Notes under the pieces: model-generated
The model's database searches: none
What the model saw: the letters and a program-made list of their open reading frames with translations, nothing else
Told to the model about the DNA's origin: nothing
Assembly (NCBI GenBank): GCA_964588995.1
Contig: CAZPQM010000010.1
Coordinates: forward strand, 910-64,909
DNA: 64,000 nucleotides
Source of the DNA: an uncultured Rickettsiales bacterium
GTDB taxonomy: Bacteria > Pseudomonadota > Alphaproteobacteria > Rickettsiales > UBA8987
Reading direction: 5' to 3'
Program-made: the position numbers and the translations under genes
In this document: positions 45,944 to 56,133 of the stretch, one piece after another
How the letters are laid out: each line of letters starts with the position of its first letter
Numbering within the stretch: position 1 is the stretch's first letter

Positions 45944-46915
45944 GGGCGCTTCCCGGTTGGCAAAAAGCCATGCGTGCTGAATTATAGTTTCCAGATCGGA
46001 AAGCATCGGCTTCCAGCCAAGTTGTTCGCGAAGCTTTTGGCCTTCTGCAACCAGTACCGCCGGATCGCCCTCGCGCCTCGCGCCGATAATATGCGGAACG
46101 GGCTTTCCCGTGACGATTTCAGCCGTTTGCACCACCTCGCGTACCGAATAGCCCTGCCCGGTGCCAACATTGAAAACCGCGCGCTTCTCGCCTTCGCGTA
46201 ACGCATGTAGTAGCTTGAGATGCGCATCGCACAAATCCCACACATGGATATAATCGCGGATACAAGTGCCGTCTTCCGTGTCATAATCTTCGCCGAAGAT
46301 CGTCATTTGCTCGCGCTTGCCCTGAATGGCTTCTAAAATAATCGGAATAAGGTGTGTCTCCGGCTCATGGCGCTCGCCGAGTTCACCTTCCGGATCAGCC
46401 CCGGCGGCATTGAAATAGCGCAATATGCCATAGGGCAGCCCGCGCTCCTGCCCGGCCTGCTCCAGCAAGGCTTCACAAGCGCGCTTGCTTTCGCCGTAGG
46501 GATTAATCGGCTGCAACGGGTGTGCTTCATCGATCGGCGCATATTCCGGATTACCATAGACCGCCGCCGTCGAAGAAAAAATAAACGGAATCTGATGCTT
46601 TGCCGCCTCCGCTATCAGCACCTTCGTACGCTCAACATTATTGGTGAAATATTTTTCAGGATACTGAACAGACTCCCCTACCTGAATGTAGGAGGCAAAA
46701 TGCATGACGGCATCAAATGCGACATTCTGAAACAGGGTCTCTAATAGCGCCGCATCACCGATATTACCCACAACCAGCTTACCGCCGGTCACCGCATCAC
46801 GGTAGCCGTTCTCCAAGCTGTCGAGCGTTACGGTTTGGCAACCGCTCGCCTGCAGCATTTTGACCATGTGCGAGCCGATATAGCCCGCCCCACCGGTTAC
46901 CAGAATCGTTGGCAT
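45932..46915 (-). CDS. galE: UDP-glucose 4-epimerase
   Basis: ILVTGGAGYIGSH, a YGESK catalytic motif (PYGESKRACE), DYIHVWDL. Confidence 0.9.
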   Translation of the reverse strand: MPTILVTGGAGYIGSHMVKMLQASGCQTVTLDSLENGYRDAVTGGKLVVGNIGDAALLETLFQNVAFDAVMHFASYIQVGESVQYPEKYFTNNVERTKVLIAEAAKHQIPFIFSSTAAVYGNPEYAPIDEAHPLQPINPYGESKRACEALLEQAGQERGLPYGILRYFNAAGADPEGELGERHEPETHLIPIILEAIQGKREQMTIFGEDYDTEDGTCIRDYIHVWDLCDAHLKLLHALREGEKRAVFNVGTGQGYSVREVVQTAEIVTGKPVPHIIGARREGDPAVLVAEGQKLREQLGWKPMLSDLETIIQHAWLFANREAPSGE

Positions 46916-47619
46916 CCTGCCTGCTCCAGTTCATTTAGATAGTGTTCCAACGACTCCATGCTACCATGATAGAGCTCCTCGAGTACAGGCCGCAGGCTGG
47001 GGCGCAAGCTATCAGAGGCACCGGCGAACACTTTCTGTTGCAATTCCGCCTTCATTTCGGTTGTGAAATAATGTGCGTCTGCCCCTAAAAAACCCGCTGT
47101 TCGGTTCAAAAGCTCAAGCGGCTGGTCCTTTATGCGGTCAAAATGAATCACTAGTAACTGCGATGGGTCAAAATAGTCCATCCAGTTACGCAAACAGGCT
47201 TCATACGCACCGCGCATACGCGAGCCTTTGGAATGAAAATGGTCGATAAACCACTGATCGCTTGCTTCTTCCAGCTCCATATGGCAATACCACAGGGCCA
47301 TTTTAGCCGATGACAACGCACGATCTATCGGATTACGCACCATATAAATAATTCTAATATCTGGATAATGCTTTTTAATCTGCTTTATGATGTTTCCTTG
47401 TAGTGTTGCATAGGCCGGAGTGATTTCACCTTGCTTCACATCCTGCATATCCTGCGCAAAGATACGGTCATACCAGTCAAAACCACGATCAAAATGACGG
47501 TCGAAAAAGTGAATTTCCTTCTCACGCGCCGGAAAATTAATCTGCGGGTGCTTCGATAAGTGTTTATACAGCCAGGTGGTACCCGCTTTTTGCGCTCCGA
47601 TGCCTAAGAAATCAAGCAT
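46897..47619 (-). CDS. sulfotransferase domain protein
   Basis: FLGIGAQKAGTTWLYKHL (5'-PSB), RNPIDRALS (3'-PB-like). Its ends overlap both neighbours. Confidence 0.8.
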   Translation of the reverse strand: MLDFLGIGAQKAGTTWLYKHLSKHPQINFPAREKEIHFFDRHFDRGFDWYDRIFAQDMQDVKQGEITPAYATLQGNIIKQIKKHYPDIRIIYMVRNPIDRALSSAKMALWYCHMELEEASDQWFIDHFHSKGSRMRGAYEACLRNWMDYFDPSQLLVIHFDRIKDQPLELLNRTAGFLGADAHYFTTEMKAELQQKVFAGASDSLRPSLRPVLEELYHGSMESLEHYLNELEQAGCQRFW

Positions 47620-48919
47620 GGTCCGCTATATCCACATGGTAGCTTGGAGAGAAATCAATCGTTCCGGTGGCGTTATGGTCACTATCAGATATGACTTTGA
47701 ACATCAACGCATCGTGAATTCGATGCAAAAAAGTCCGCTCTTCACCGCGTTTGGCCGAACAGCCGCAATTTATAAAATACGTGCCTTCTAACAGCCGGTT
47801 GACAAATTTAATCCTCACTTCCACCCGCTGACCGGCTTCCACCTTCGCAAGCGTATCACTCATCATACTGGCACCGCCAATTTCCATACCGCTGATGCCC
47901 TTTATTAACATACCGAAACGAACATCTTTCGCTGCCTCATCAAAGGTCACATCATAACATAGCCGATAAGTCTTTCCCGTCTCAAGGACGTTGACAATCG
48001 CATCCTCCTCATCCTGCAAGCGCACATGCTGTATTTCCGCACCGTTCGGCGCATAAACCACCGTCGTCTCCACTTTCAGCGACGGTAAAAAGCCCGGCGC
48101 AGTCGGCTCTTCGGCAATGCGCTCCTCGCGATGTTCACGATCATGCCGCAACGCATGCAGGTAGCTCGCCTGCTCTTCCTCCGGCGCGTAAAGAAACCGC
48201 TGGTAGCGGCTAAGCACATACTTGGGTGTGTCATCAAGGATAAGGTGCCCGCCATCCAGCCAGATGGCTCGGTCGCACAGCTCCAGAATCGCACGCGGCG
48301 AATGGCTGACAAACAACACCGTCGTACCCCGGCTTTGCAACTCGCGGATGCGCGCATAGCATTTACGCTGAAACGCCTCATCCCCCACCGCGAGCGCCTC
48401 ATCGACAATAAAAATATCCGGCTCCACACTTGCCGCGACCGCAAAGGCAAGCCGCACATACATACCGCTGGAATAGGTGCGTACCGGCTGCGCAATATCC
48501 TCAGCGCTCAATCCGGAAAACGCGATAATATCGTCATATTTTTGAGCAATTTCCGGCTCGGACAGCCCAAGAATCGCCGCATTTAACTTCACATTCTCTT
48601 TACCGGTAAATTCGGGATTAAACCCTGCGCCCAGTTCCAGCAGTGCCGAAATACGCCCATTTACCTCCAGCTCACCACCGCTTGGCGTCAGCGTTCCACA
48701 TAATAGTTGCAGCAACGTCGATTTACCGGAACCATTCCGCCCGATAATCCCGACCATTTCGCCCGGCCCGATCGTCAGATCCAGCGGATGAAGCGCGTGC
48801 TTTTCGCGATAATAGGCGCCGCTTCGGATGAGCGCCTGCTTAAGCCGGTCCGCGGGGCGGCGATAGACCTGATAACGCTTATAAAGGCCATGCGTCTTGA
48901 CGGCAACTTCGCCAGCCAT
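47612..48919 (-). CDS. polysaccharide/O-antigen ABC exporter ATP-binding protein (Wzt/TagH type) with a C-terminal beta-sandwich (Wzt_C-like) domain
   Basis: GRNGSGKST, YSSGMYVRLAF, IFIVDEALAVGD, plus a ~180-aa C-terminal extension. The ATG at 48919 overlaps the TGA of the upstream DUF2155 gene (TGATG). No wzm permease is in the window. Confidence 0.8.
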   Translation of the reverse strand: MAGEVAVKTHGLYKRYQVYRRPADRLKQALIRSGAYYREKHALHPLDLTIGPGEMVGIIGRNGSGKSTLLQLLCGTLTPSGGELEVNGRISALLELGAGFNPEFTGKENVKLNAAILGLSEPEIAQKYDDIIAFSGLSAEDIAQPVRTYSSGMYVRLAFAVAASVEPDIFIVDEALAVGDEAFQRKCYARIRELQSRGTTVLFVSHSPRAILELCDRAIWLDGGHLILDDTPKYVLSRYQRFLYAPEEEQASYLHALRHDREHREERIAEEPTAPGFLPSLKVETTVVYAPNGAEIQHVRLQDEEDAIVNVLETGKTYRLCYDVTFDEAAKDVRFGMLIKGISGMEIGGASMMSDTLAKVEAGQRVEVRIKFVNRLLEGTYFINCGCSAKRGEERTFLHRIHDALMFKVISDSDHNATGTIDFSPSYHVDIADHA

Positions 48920-49722
48920 CAACTACAGCCTTTCAGCGTCACATCGTACACCGCATGGCTAGGCCCTGAGACATAGGGCACATCCGAAATCAACCAGCCG
49001 GCATAGATCGTTTCGACCCGCTCACTTTTTTGCGTCTGCCCATCCGGAGTAAAGCGCAGGTTCGGTACGCGCTCGCGGATATTCACCAGCGCCATTGCCC
49101 GGTCAATGCCGCTACGAGGTTCGATTACGCAGCCCAGCACCTCCAACTCCAGCATATCAAATTCCCCAACTTCCTGCCCTTTGGTTCGTAAGGTCATCTG
49201 CTCGTTGTTAAGTGATATACGGTTGAGCAACTGCACCGTCGCATGATCGATTCCCTTGGAAATCGTTACTACGGGCAGGGGTTTTACAGCGCGTGCATTT
49301 TCGGGCAAAGGTTGTTGTGGTAGAGTCGGGCGTTCCCGTTCTGTGATAATATCCTGACGGTCCACCGGCATCAGAATTTCGCCCTCTTCGTTAATAATGG
49401 GAATTTTCCGGGGCGATGTTTCAACGGCTGCATCAAAAGAAGGGGACACATCGCCGAATGGGTTTTCATATCCCTGTTGCGGCGGTTGCTGTGTTTCTTC
49501 AAAATTTAGCTGCCAGTTGCGCTCCCGCGGCGGTTCCGCTTCTCGGAGTGGCTTCCTTTCATCGGTGCCAGGTTCGTAATTCCGCGGCGTGGTAAACTCA
49601 TATTCCTCAAGGAGCCGCTCTAGCCGCGTCGTTGCGTCTTCAGCCTCAGGCGATTGCGCTGTTACCAAATCCGCCGTAAAGAGACAGGCGATACCGATTA
49701 CAAACGATCCGGTACGGCTCAT
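48919..49722 (-). CDS. DUF2155 domain protein
   Basis: The preferred start is MSRTGSFVIG (49722). The C-terminal block VQLLNRISLN...LEVLGC...AGWLISDVPYVSGPSHAVYDVTLKGC matches the DUF2155 pattern (GW..S....HxVYDVxLxxC). Confidence 0.7.
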   Translation of the reverse strand: MSRTGSFVIGIACLFTADLVTAQSPEAEDATTRLERLLEEYEFTTPRNYEPGTDERKPLREAEPPRERNWQLNFEETQQPPQQGYENPFGDVSPSFDAAVETSPRKIPIINEEGEILMPVDRQDIITERERPTLPQQPLPENARAVKPLPVVTISKGIDHATVQLLNRISLNNEQMTLRTKGQEVGEFDMLELEVLGCVIEPRSGIDRAMALVNIRERVPNLRFTPDGQTQKSERVETIYAGWLISDVPYVSGPSHAVYDVTLKGCS

Positions 49723-49735
49723 CCTGACGAGCCTC

Positions 49736-50224
49736 TTAGAAAACATCATCTTCCGGTGGCAGGTGGTTCTCATCTCCGTCCGAGCTGTCTCCACTGAAGA
49801 CAAAACGCGCGATCAAAGACTCAATCGAGATGGCGGGTTGCGTCATGGTAATCTGCCCGCCATCCTGCAGAAACTCCTCTGAACCGCCCGGTACAATGGC
49901 AAGATACTTCGCACCCAGCAAGCCGTCGCCGATAATTTCCGCCCGGCTGTCTTGCGGTAGCTTGATTTCCTCATCCACGGTGAAGAACACCTCTGCAAGA
50001 TAGGATTTTGGCAGAATTTCCTGTCGCACCACCTGTCCGACTACAAGCCCGCTTACCCGCACATCGCTACCCACCTTCAGTCCGTCAATACGGTCAAACT
50101 TTGCCGAAAGCTTATAATGTGCATCATCCTGTTTGCCGGCACTACTGTAAACGGTTAGCAGAAACCAACCCGCAATCAGCAGAACAACGGCACCGATCAA
50201 TGTTTCGAACAGACTTTTTCCCAT
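49736..50224 (-). CDS. mlaD: MCE-domain protein MlaD (outer-membrane lipid asymmetry)
   Basis: An N-terminal TM helix, then the MCE fold pattern Y.L.A.F....GL..GS.VR.SG..VG.V. Confidence 0.8.
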   Translation of the reverse strand: MGKSLFETLIGAVVLLIAGWFLLTVYSSAGKQDDAHYKLSAKFDRIDGLKVGSDVRVSGLVVGQVVRQEILPKSYLAEVFFTVDEEIKLPQDSRAEIIGDGLLGAKYLAIVPGGSEEFLQDGGQITMTQPAISIESLIARFVFSGDSSDGDENHLPPEDDVF

Positions 50225-50295
50225 GCGCTTTCTATAACGCAGCCTTACCGGCTTGTCACGCGCTTATGCAACAAAACGTAACATGGCGTCTTATT

Positions 50296-50640
50296 TCAGG
50301 CCGCCTTGGCGTAGTAATCCCGGCTACTGGCAAAATAAGCCGCCTCTGCTTTGAGGGAAGGCACATGGTTTTTATCGAAATTTGGCGCTTCTTCCAGCGT
50401 TCTTTTATCCAGTGGCAGCTTCAGGCAATCTTCCTGTTCATCCCAGCCGAACTGATTATACGGCACCGCAACCAGCTTATCGTTTAGCTCGGTACCGAAG
50501 ATGCCGCCGTAAGAAATGATAATATATTCAGCCTGACCTTCCGGCGTCAGCACCATATCTTCTACGTGACCTAAATTGTCACCTTCATGATTCTTGATAT
50601 CTCGATTCATACTATCTTTTACATAATAATTTGTTGCCAT
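50296..50640 (-). CDS. PRC-barrel domain protein
   Basis: G.NLGHVEDMVLTPEGQAEYIIISYGG.....KLVAVPY fits a PRC barrel. The start is at 50640 or 50661. Confidence 0.6.
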   Translation of the reverse strand: MATNYYVKDSMNRDIKNHEGDNLGHVEDMVLTPEGQAEYIIISYGGIFGTELNDKLVAVPYNQFGWDEQEDCLKLPLDKRTLEEAPNFDKNHVPSLKAEAAYFASSRDYYAKAA

Positions 50641-50712
50641 ACTATCCTCACTTGTTTCCAAGCATGGTCAGGCATGTGGCATGAAGGTTCGATAAGAAAA
50701 TATAATAGCTGG

Positions 50713-52020
50713 CTAAAAATCCGATAAAGATTGTTTCTTGCTTAGAAATGCTATCATTCCATCCAGCGGTACATTCTCTTTCGCCCCCGATGCGCGGAAT
50801 TTTACCTCCACTTCACCAGCTTCAACGCCGCGCGGGCCAACGACCAGCTGTATCGGCGTGCCGATCAAATCCTGCGTAGCAAATTTCTGCCCGGCTGATA
50901 CATCTTTCCGGTCATCCATCAGCACCTCATAGCCTGCTCGTTGAATGTCCTGATACAATGTAGTAGCAACGGGGTCACAGGCATCATGGCCCGGCTTCAT
51001 ATGAATCAGCCCGAGATCGAACGGCGCAACCGCACGTGGCCAGCGAATGCCGTCCACATCATGATTCGCTTCAATGATCGCACCCACAAGCCGCGAAATG
51101 CCAATGCCATGCGCACCCATTTTAACTGGCTTACTCATGCCGCCCGGATCGGTCACGCTCGCTTTCATCGGCGCGGAATATTTATCTCCGAAATAAAAAA
51201 TATGCCCGACTTCAATACCGCGCCGGGTTTTGAGTTTACCTTCTGGAACGTCACACTGTGCAGGATCGTGCAGCTCATCCGCCGCGGCATATAGCTCCTG
51301 CATAGCTTCCACGTCCCAATCTTCCTGTGCAAGCAATTCTTCAAACCGCTCATCATAGAAAATTTCGCTTTCACCCGTATCCGCAAGCACCTGAAACTCA
51401 TGGCTCAGCTTACCGCCGATCATACCGGTTTCCGCACGCACCGGAATCACTTTTAAGCCCAGCCGGTTAAAGATGCGCAGATAGGTGTGGTACATCTGGT
51501 TATACATCTCTACATGGCTATCCTCATCCAGAGAGAAGGTGTAGGCATCTTTCATCAGAAATTCACGCCCGCGCATCACACCAAAGCGGGGTCGGATTTC
51601 ATCACGGAATTTCCATTGAATCTGATAGAGATTAAGCGGCAATTGCTTATAGCTTTTGACCGTGCGCCGAAACAGGTCGGTGATAACCTCCTCGTTCGTT
51701 GGCCCGTAGATCATATCAATATCGTGACGGTCACGCACTTTCAGCGTTTCCTTGCCATAGCTGCCTCGGCCTGATTCTTCCCATAGGGAGGCAGGTTGCA
51801 TGGTGGGCATCAATACTTCCAAGGCTCCGGACTTATCCATCTCGTCGCGCACGACTTTTTCTATTTTGCGCAACACTTTGAGGCCAAGCGGCAACCAGTC
51901 ATAAATCCCACTGGAGAGTTGGCGGATCATACCGGCACGCAGCATCAGCCTGTGGGAAGCAATGCTGGCTTCAGCCGGGTCTTCTTTCAGAAGCGGCAGC
52001 AGGTACTGAGATAATTTCAT
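50713..52020 (-). CDS. proS: prolyl-tRNA synthetase (short type lacking the editing insertion)
   Basis: 435 aa with class II motifs: FRDEIRPRFGVMRGREF, KDAYTF, GHIFYFGDKYS, MGAHGIGISR. Confidence 0.95.
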   Translation of the reverse strand: MKLSQYLLPLLKEDPAEASIASHRLMLRAGMIRQLSSGIYDWLPLGLKVLRKIEKVVRDEMDKSGALEVLMPTMQPASLWEESGRGSYGKETLKVRDRHDIDMIYGPTNEEVITDLFRRTVKSYKQLPLNLYQIQWKFRDEIRPRFGVMRGREFLMKDAYTFSLDEDSHVEMYNQMYHTYLRIFNRLGLKVIPVRAETGMIGGKLSHEFQVLADTGESEIFYDERFEELLAQEDWDVEAMQELYAAADELHDPAQCDVPEGKLKTRRGIEVGHIFYFGDKYSAPMKASVTDPGGMSKPVKMGAHGIGISRLVGAIIEANHDVDGIRWPRAVAPFDLGLIHMKPGHDACDPVATTLYQDIQRAGYEVLMDDRKDVSAGQKFATQDLIGTPIQLVVGPRGVEAGEVEVKFRASGAKENVPLDGMIAFLSKKQSLSDF

Positions 52021-52079
52021 AGAGGTCGTATTTGCTTCATTTTCAGGAAAAAGGCAAGGGCTGTTTTGCCCGTAACCTG

Positions 52080-54650
52080 TTATTTATCCCGGCTTTCCAT
52101 GATATCTTTTACCTTGGAAGCGAGCTGATTAAGCGTGAAGGGTTTCGGCAGAAATTCAAAATCACGCGTATCGCCGAAGGTTTTGATAAATTCATCCTCG
52201 CCATAACCGGAAATAAAAATCACCGAGATATCCGGATTTTTTGCGAGCAACTGTTGTACCATTTCCGGCCCGCTGATACCCGGCATCATCACATCGGAAA
52301 TGATCATATCGATTGAATTCGCATGCTCGGCAAACTGCCGCAGCGCATCTTCTGCATGTTCGGCGACCAGCACATCGTAGCCCTTGTTTTTCAGTGCGCG
52401 GCTGGCAAACAACCGCACCGGCGCTTCATCTTCCACCAACAGAATTTTACCCGAGCCGGTGAGGTCCTGTACTTTCTTGGTCTCCACCTTTTCGACCTGT
52501 GCATCTGCGGAAACTTCGTAGCGCTTCAGCAGAATCATAAACGTCGTGCCCTGATTCACCTTACTCGAAACCAGCACGAAACCCCCGGTCTGCTCAATAA
52601 TGCCGAGCACGGTAGAAAGTCCGAGTCCCGTACCCTTACCCAGCTCCTTCGTGGTAAAAAACGGCTCAAAGATCTGTTCCTGCACTTTTTTCGGCATCCC
52701 ACATCCCGTATCCTGCACTTCGATCGCAACGTAATCACCGTTCGGAATGTCGTCGATACTTTCCGCTGACACAAAATGAGCAGGAATCGGGTTGAGCTTC
52801 TTATCGATCGTGCGGTTGGAGGTACGGATGGTCAAAACGCCTTTACCCTCCATTGCATCACGCGCATTGACAGCAAGGTTGATAATCACCTGCTCCAGCT
52901 GCCCGGTATCGGCTTTGACTTTCCACAAATCGCGTCCATGCCGGATTTTAAGCTCGATATTCTCCCCGATAAGTCGCCGCAGCAGGTTGGACAGATCGGC
53001 AATCGTATCGGTGATGTCGACCACTTCCGGCTGTAAGGTCTGCTTACGGGAAAAGGCGAGTAACTGTCGCACTAGCCCGGCAGCCCGGTTTGCATTCTGC
53101 TTGATTTGCATGATATCGGCAAAGGATTGTTCGCCCGGCGGGTGACGCATCAGTAATAGATCACAAAAGCCGATCATTGCCGTAAGGAGATTGTTAAAGT
53201 CATGCGCTATACCGCCCGCCAGTTGCCCAACTGCCTGCATCTTCTGCGAATGAATCATCTTATTTTCGAGCTGTTTCTGCTCCGAGGTGTCAATCAGGTA
53301 GCCGATAAAGCCCGGATTCTCCTCATCCTGCTGTGCAGGTTCAATGGGATTTACATACAAATCACCCGTGCCGTTCTTCCGATGCGGCAAGGGGATGGTC
53401 AACGGCTTATGATCGGCGCGGCCACTTAAGCGCTCCTGCTCCAGCAGCTGGGAAAGGTCGTTGCGGTGGCTGGTCTCTACGATATCGAAAATGGAAAGAT
53501 GCTGCTGATCGGTCAGTTTTTTCCCAGCCAGCTTGCGAAAAGCTGCATTGGTTTCCGTTACATTTCCCTGCGTGTCCATCAGCACGATACCAATTGGCGA
53601 GGTCTCTAAAAAGCGGCTCCATAACTCGGTAATGGATTGCGCCAGCGTTTCCGGCAGGTTCGATTGTTTACGAACACTTGCCATCGGTGCATCTTTTTTT
53701 GACACCACGAAGCCGCAGCGTAGCAGGCCCTGATCCAGATCATGATCCTTACTCAGCATAAGCTGCTTCAGGTTCGCCGCAACCGGGTGCCCATCTTTAT
53801 GTTTGAAAGTAACTTTAGCTTCCCATTGCTCGTTGAAGCTTTCTTCATCCAGCACGTGATTAGCAAAGACCAGATCCCGGAACCTGATATTTTCTTTCAT
53901 CAGCTCCAGTTGTTCATAACCCAGCATGTCAGCAAAGGCCGGGTTCACGTAATACAGCACACCTTCTTCGGATGCTTTATAAATTCCGGTGTTCATCTCA
54001 TCAAATACGCGTGTCAGCGCATGCGGCTGATAGCCACCTTCATCCGTTGCCGATATTCTGAAGACTTTAATAACACAAAACCCCCGTGGGCGTCGGATAG
54101 GCTCCAATACAAAATCCACCATGACACTCTTGGTTTCATTACGCATGAGCTCGACATCGAAGTTTCGCGCTTCACGGCTCATCACAGCATGTATAATCTT
54201 ACGCGCGGTCATGTGCTCGATGCCGAGATTTTCCAGAAAGCTATCAAGCCGCTTAAATTGTTTTTTGGGCGTTTTAAGATAATTACGGCTGTTGGGGCTA
54301 TAATAGACCACTTGCTGATCCTGCTTTATAATCAGCATGAATTCCATTCCCGTATTGGCCGCCCCCGCGAAGAGGGCATTCTCAAACTCATTCGAAAACA
54401 AATAACTCGCAAGCTGATGCGTATAGAGCATGAGCAGTATCACCAGGCAGACGAAACCGAGCGTAAAGGCAGCAAGTATTTTGATCGGCACCAGTTCGGT
54501 CACGGCCAGGAAGCTCACGAAGCTTATACCCATTGCGATAAAAGCGGATAGGATAATCTGCAGCATCAGGCTGCGGCTGCTGCGACGGCGGATAAAGAGC
54601 TTATCGCGTTCGGTCAGTTTGCTGATATCGTGAAAGCGGGATTGCGTCAT
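52080..54650 (-). CDS. hybrid sensor histidine kinase/response regulator with PAS domains (CckA-like)
   Basis: N-terminal TM helices and two PAS-like regions, then DHp (AGGIAHDFNNLLTAMIG), HATPase (NLAVNARDAM, DTGCGM, GTGLGLS) and a C-terminal REC (ILLVEDE...DMIISDVMMPG...KPF). Confidence 0.8.
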   Translation of the reverse strand: MTQSRFHDISKLTERDKLFIRRRSSRSLMLQIILSAFIAMGISFVSFLAVTELVPIKILAAFTLGFVCLVILLMLYTHQLASYLFSNEFENALFAGAANTGMEFMLIIKQDQQVVYYSPNSRNYLKTPKKQFKRLDSFLENLGIEHMTARKIIHAVMSREARNFDVELMRNETKSVMVDFVLEPIRRPRGFCVIKVFRISATDEGGYQPHALTRVFDEMNTGIYKASEEGVLYYVNPAFADMLGYEQLELMKENIRFRDLVFANHVLDEESFNEQWEAKVTFKHKDGHPVAANLKQLMLSKDHDLDQGLLRCGFVVSKKDAPMASVRKQSNLPETLAQSITELWSRFLETSPIGIVLMDTQGNVTETNAAFRKLAGKKLTDQQHLSIFDIVETSHRNDLSQLLEQERLSGRADHKPLTIPLPHRKNGTGDLYVNPIEPAQQDEENPGFIGYLIDTSEQKQLENKMIHSQKMQAVGQLAGGIAHDFNNLLTAMIGFCDLLLMRHPPGEQSFADIMQIKQNANRAAGLVRQLLAFSRKQTLQPEVVDITDTIADLSNLLRRLIGENIELKIRHGRDLWKVKADTGQLEQVIINLAVNARDAMEGKGVLTIRTSNRTIDKKLNPIPAHFVSAESIDDIPNGDYVAIEVQDTGCGMPKKVQEQIFEPFFTTKELGKGTGLGLSTVLGIIEQTGGFVLVSSKVNQGTTFMILLKRYEVSADAQVEKVETKKVQDLTGSGKILLVEDEAPVRLFASRALKNKGYDVLVAEHAEDALRQFAEHANSIDMIISDVMMPGISGPEMVQQLLAKNPDISVIFISGYGEDEFIKTFGDTRDFEFLPKPFTLNQLASKVKDIMESRDK

Positions 54651-54692
54651 GGGCGCATTATGACCCGCTTATGCTAACGAGGCAATGGAGGA

Positions 54693-55418
54693 TTAGCCAT
54701 TCTGATTCGTATCGAATGGATTCGGAGTAGAAGAGGCCGGTTGGGCAGGATCGCCCTGCCCCTGCTGAATCGCCTGTACTTGGTTAGCGCTTAGTTCAGG
54801 GTAATTCTGCGGGTTTTTGATCATATCGATGGCTTTATAGGTTTCCTGCCGGAACTGATTCGGATCTTTAATCCGCTTGATTTCCATATGCTCCATGCCG
54901 ATACCGGTAATCAGGATATTACCGCGATGAATAATCCGGTCGAGCGCACTTTGCTTGACTTTCACGCCCTCTACGTGATCCAGCGGTATTTCGACTTCAT
55001 TCACCTCGACCAATCCGCGCTTGTAAATCACCTTGCGGGTGGTGATCGCCTGTTCGACACTGATCTTACGGATCATAGACATGGTGAAGGTAAAAAAGCC
55101 CATAGCGAGCAACGCCGTTCCAATCAGTCTCTGGCGCGCTTCATTCGCCGTAATCAAGAGATTATATAACTCTTCCGGCAGGCTGGCTAAAAAGTTATGC
55201 ACATAACCCCACACCAGATCGACATAATACCAGAAGCGATCAAGATAGGGGTGTTCGACCCGGGCTCCTGAAATGTCTGGTGGAAATAGAAATAATAGCC
55301 CGATACCCATCAGCAGAATTCCCATATAGCGGGAGAAGGGATGTAATTTCCCGGCATATAAAATCCGCTCGTTATTCAGGAGGGTATGCCGCGTATATTT
55401 GGTGAGTGGTTTTCCCAT
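54693..55418 (-). CDS. membrane protein with a bacterial PH domain (bPH_2/YdbS-YdbT-like)
   Basis: TM helices, then ITTRKVIYKRGLVEVNEVEIPLDHVEGVKVKQSALDRIIHRGNILI, the bPH_2 pattern. Confidence 0.7.
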   Translation of the reverse strand: MGKPLTKYTRHTLLNNERILYAGKLHPFSRYMGILLMGIGLLFLFPPDISGARVEHPYLDRFWYYVDLVWGYVHNFLASLPEELYNLLITANEARQRLIGTALLAMGFFTFTMSMIRKISVEQAITTRKVIYKRGLVEVNEVEIPLDHVEGVKVKQSALDRIIHRGNILITGIGMEHMEIKRIKDPNQFRQETYKAIDMIKNPQNYPELSANQVQAIQQGQGDPAQPASSTPNPFDTNQNG

Positions 55419-55427
55419 GACGGCGCG

Positions 55428-56057
55428 TTAATCGACCTTGACGGCGACACCCATGCGCCGTGTCGTATGTTCTTCTTCTGCCTCAGCCGCACGGAATCCA
55501 TACATTTCTATTGCATTCAATACGGCTTTTTTCATCTGCCCGGGATGCGCCACACTATCAATCACGATCTGATGCTTTTCTTTTTGCTTTTCATTACCGT
55601 GAATTGCCACCTTGTCCTTTACCGTTACCTTGCCTTTGGCAATCAGCCGGTCGAACATCGATTGTTTAGCTTTGACGTCACCGATCCGATGCAGATACAT
55701 TTGTTGCCGCTTGGAAAACAACATCCCGGTAAGCGCAATAACGCGCTGCGTTGTCACCAGAATCAAATTATGCTTACGTGCAGAATGAATCTGCGTCGCA
55801 ATAACTACGCCGAATCCGGCAATCAAATAGCCGAAATACGTTTCGCGTGCACCGCGCAGCATCTCTTCCACCGGGCTGTGATAGCGCACTGGCGTGTATT
55901 GCAACACAACGTCGGGGTAATGCATCAGCACGATACCAAGCAACATAAGGCAGACGGGAAATACATAGGCGGTAGCACCCACTTTGGCTTCGAATACAAC
56001 ACGCTCTTTGTGATGTAAGACCTCGCGAATGCGCTCATCTCTAGATTTTTTTGCCAT
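55428..56057 (-). CDS. membrane protein with a bacterial PH domain (bPH_2), paralogue of the downstream gene
   Basis: The preferred start is MAKKSRDERI (56057). VTTQRVIALTGMLFSKRQQMYLHRIGDVKAKQSMFDRLIAKGKVTV. Confidence 0.7.
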   Translation of the reverse strand: MAKKSRDERIREVLHHKERVVFEAKVGATAYVFPVCLMLLGIVLMHYPDVVLQYTPVRYHSPVEEMLRGARETYFGYLIAGFGVVIATQIHSARKHNLILVTTQRVIALTGMLFSKRQQMYLHRIGDVKAKQSMFDRLIAKGKVTVKDKVAIHGNEKQKEKHQIVIDSVAHPGQMKKAVLNAIEMYGFRAAEAEEEHTTRRMGVAVKVD

Positions 56058-56133
56058 ATAAACCAGCTCCCTCTTCCTTCTCCAGTATAACCTGATTGCA
56101 AGTATACCTATAGGAAAAAATGGGGAAATCCGG

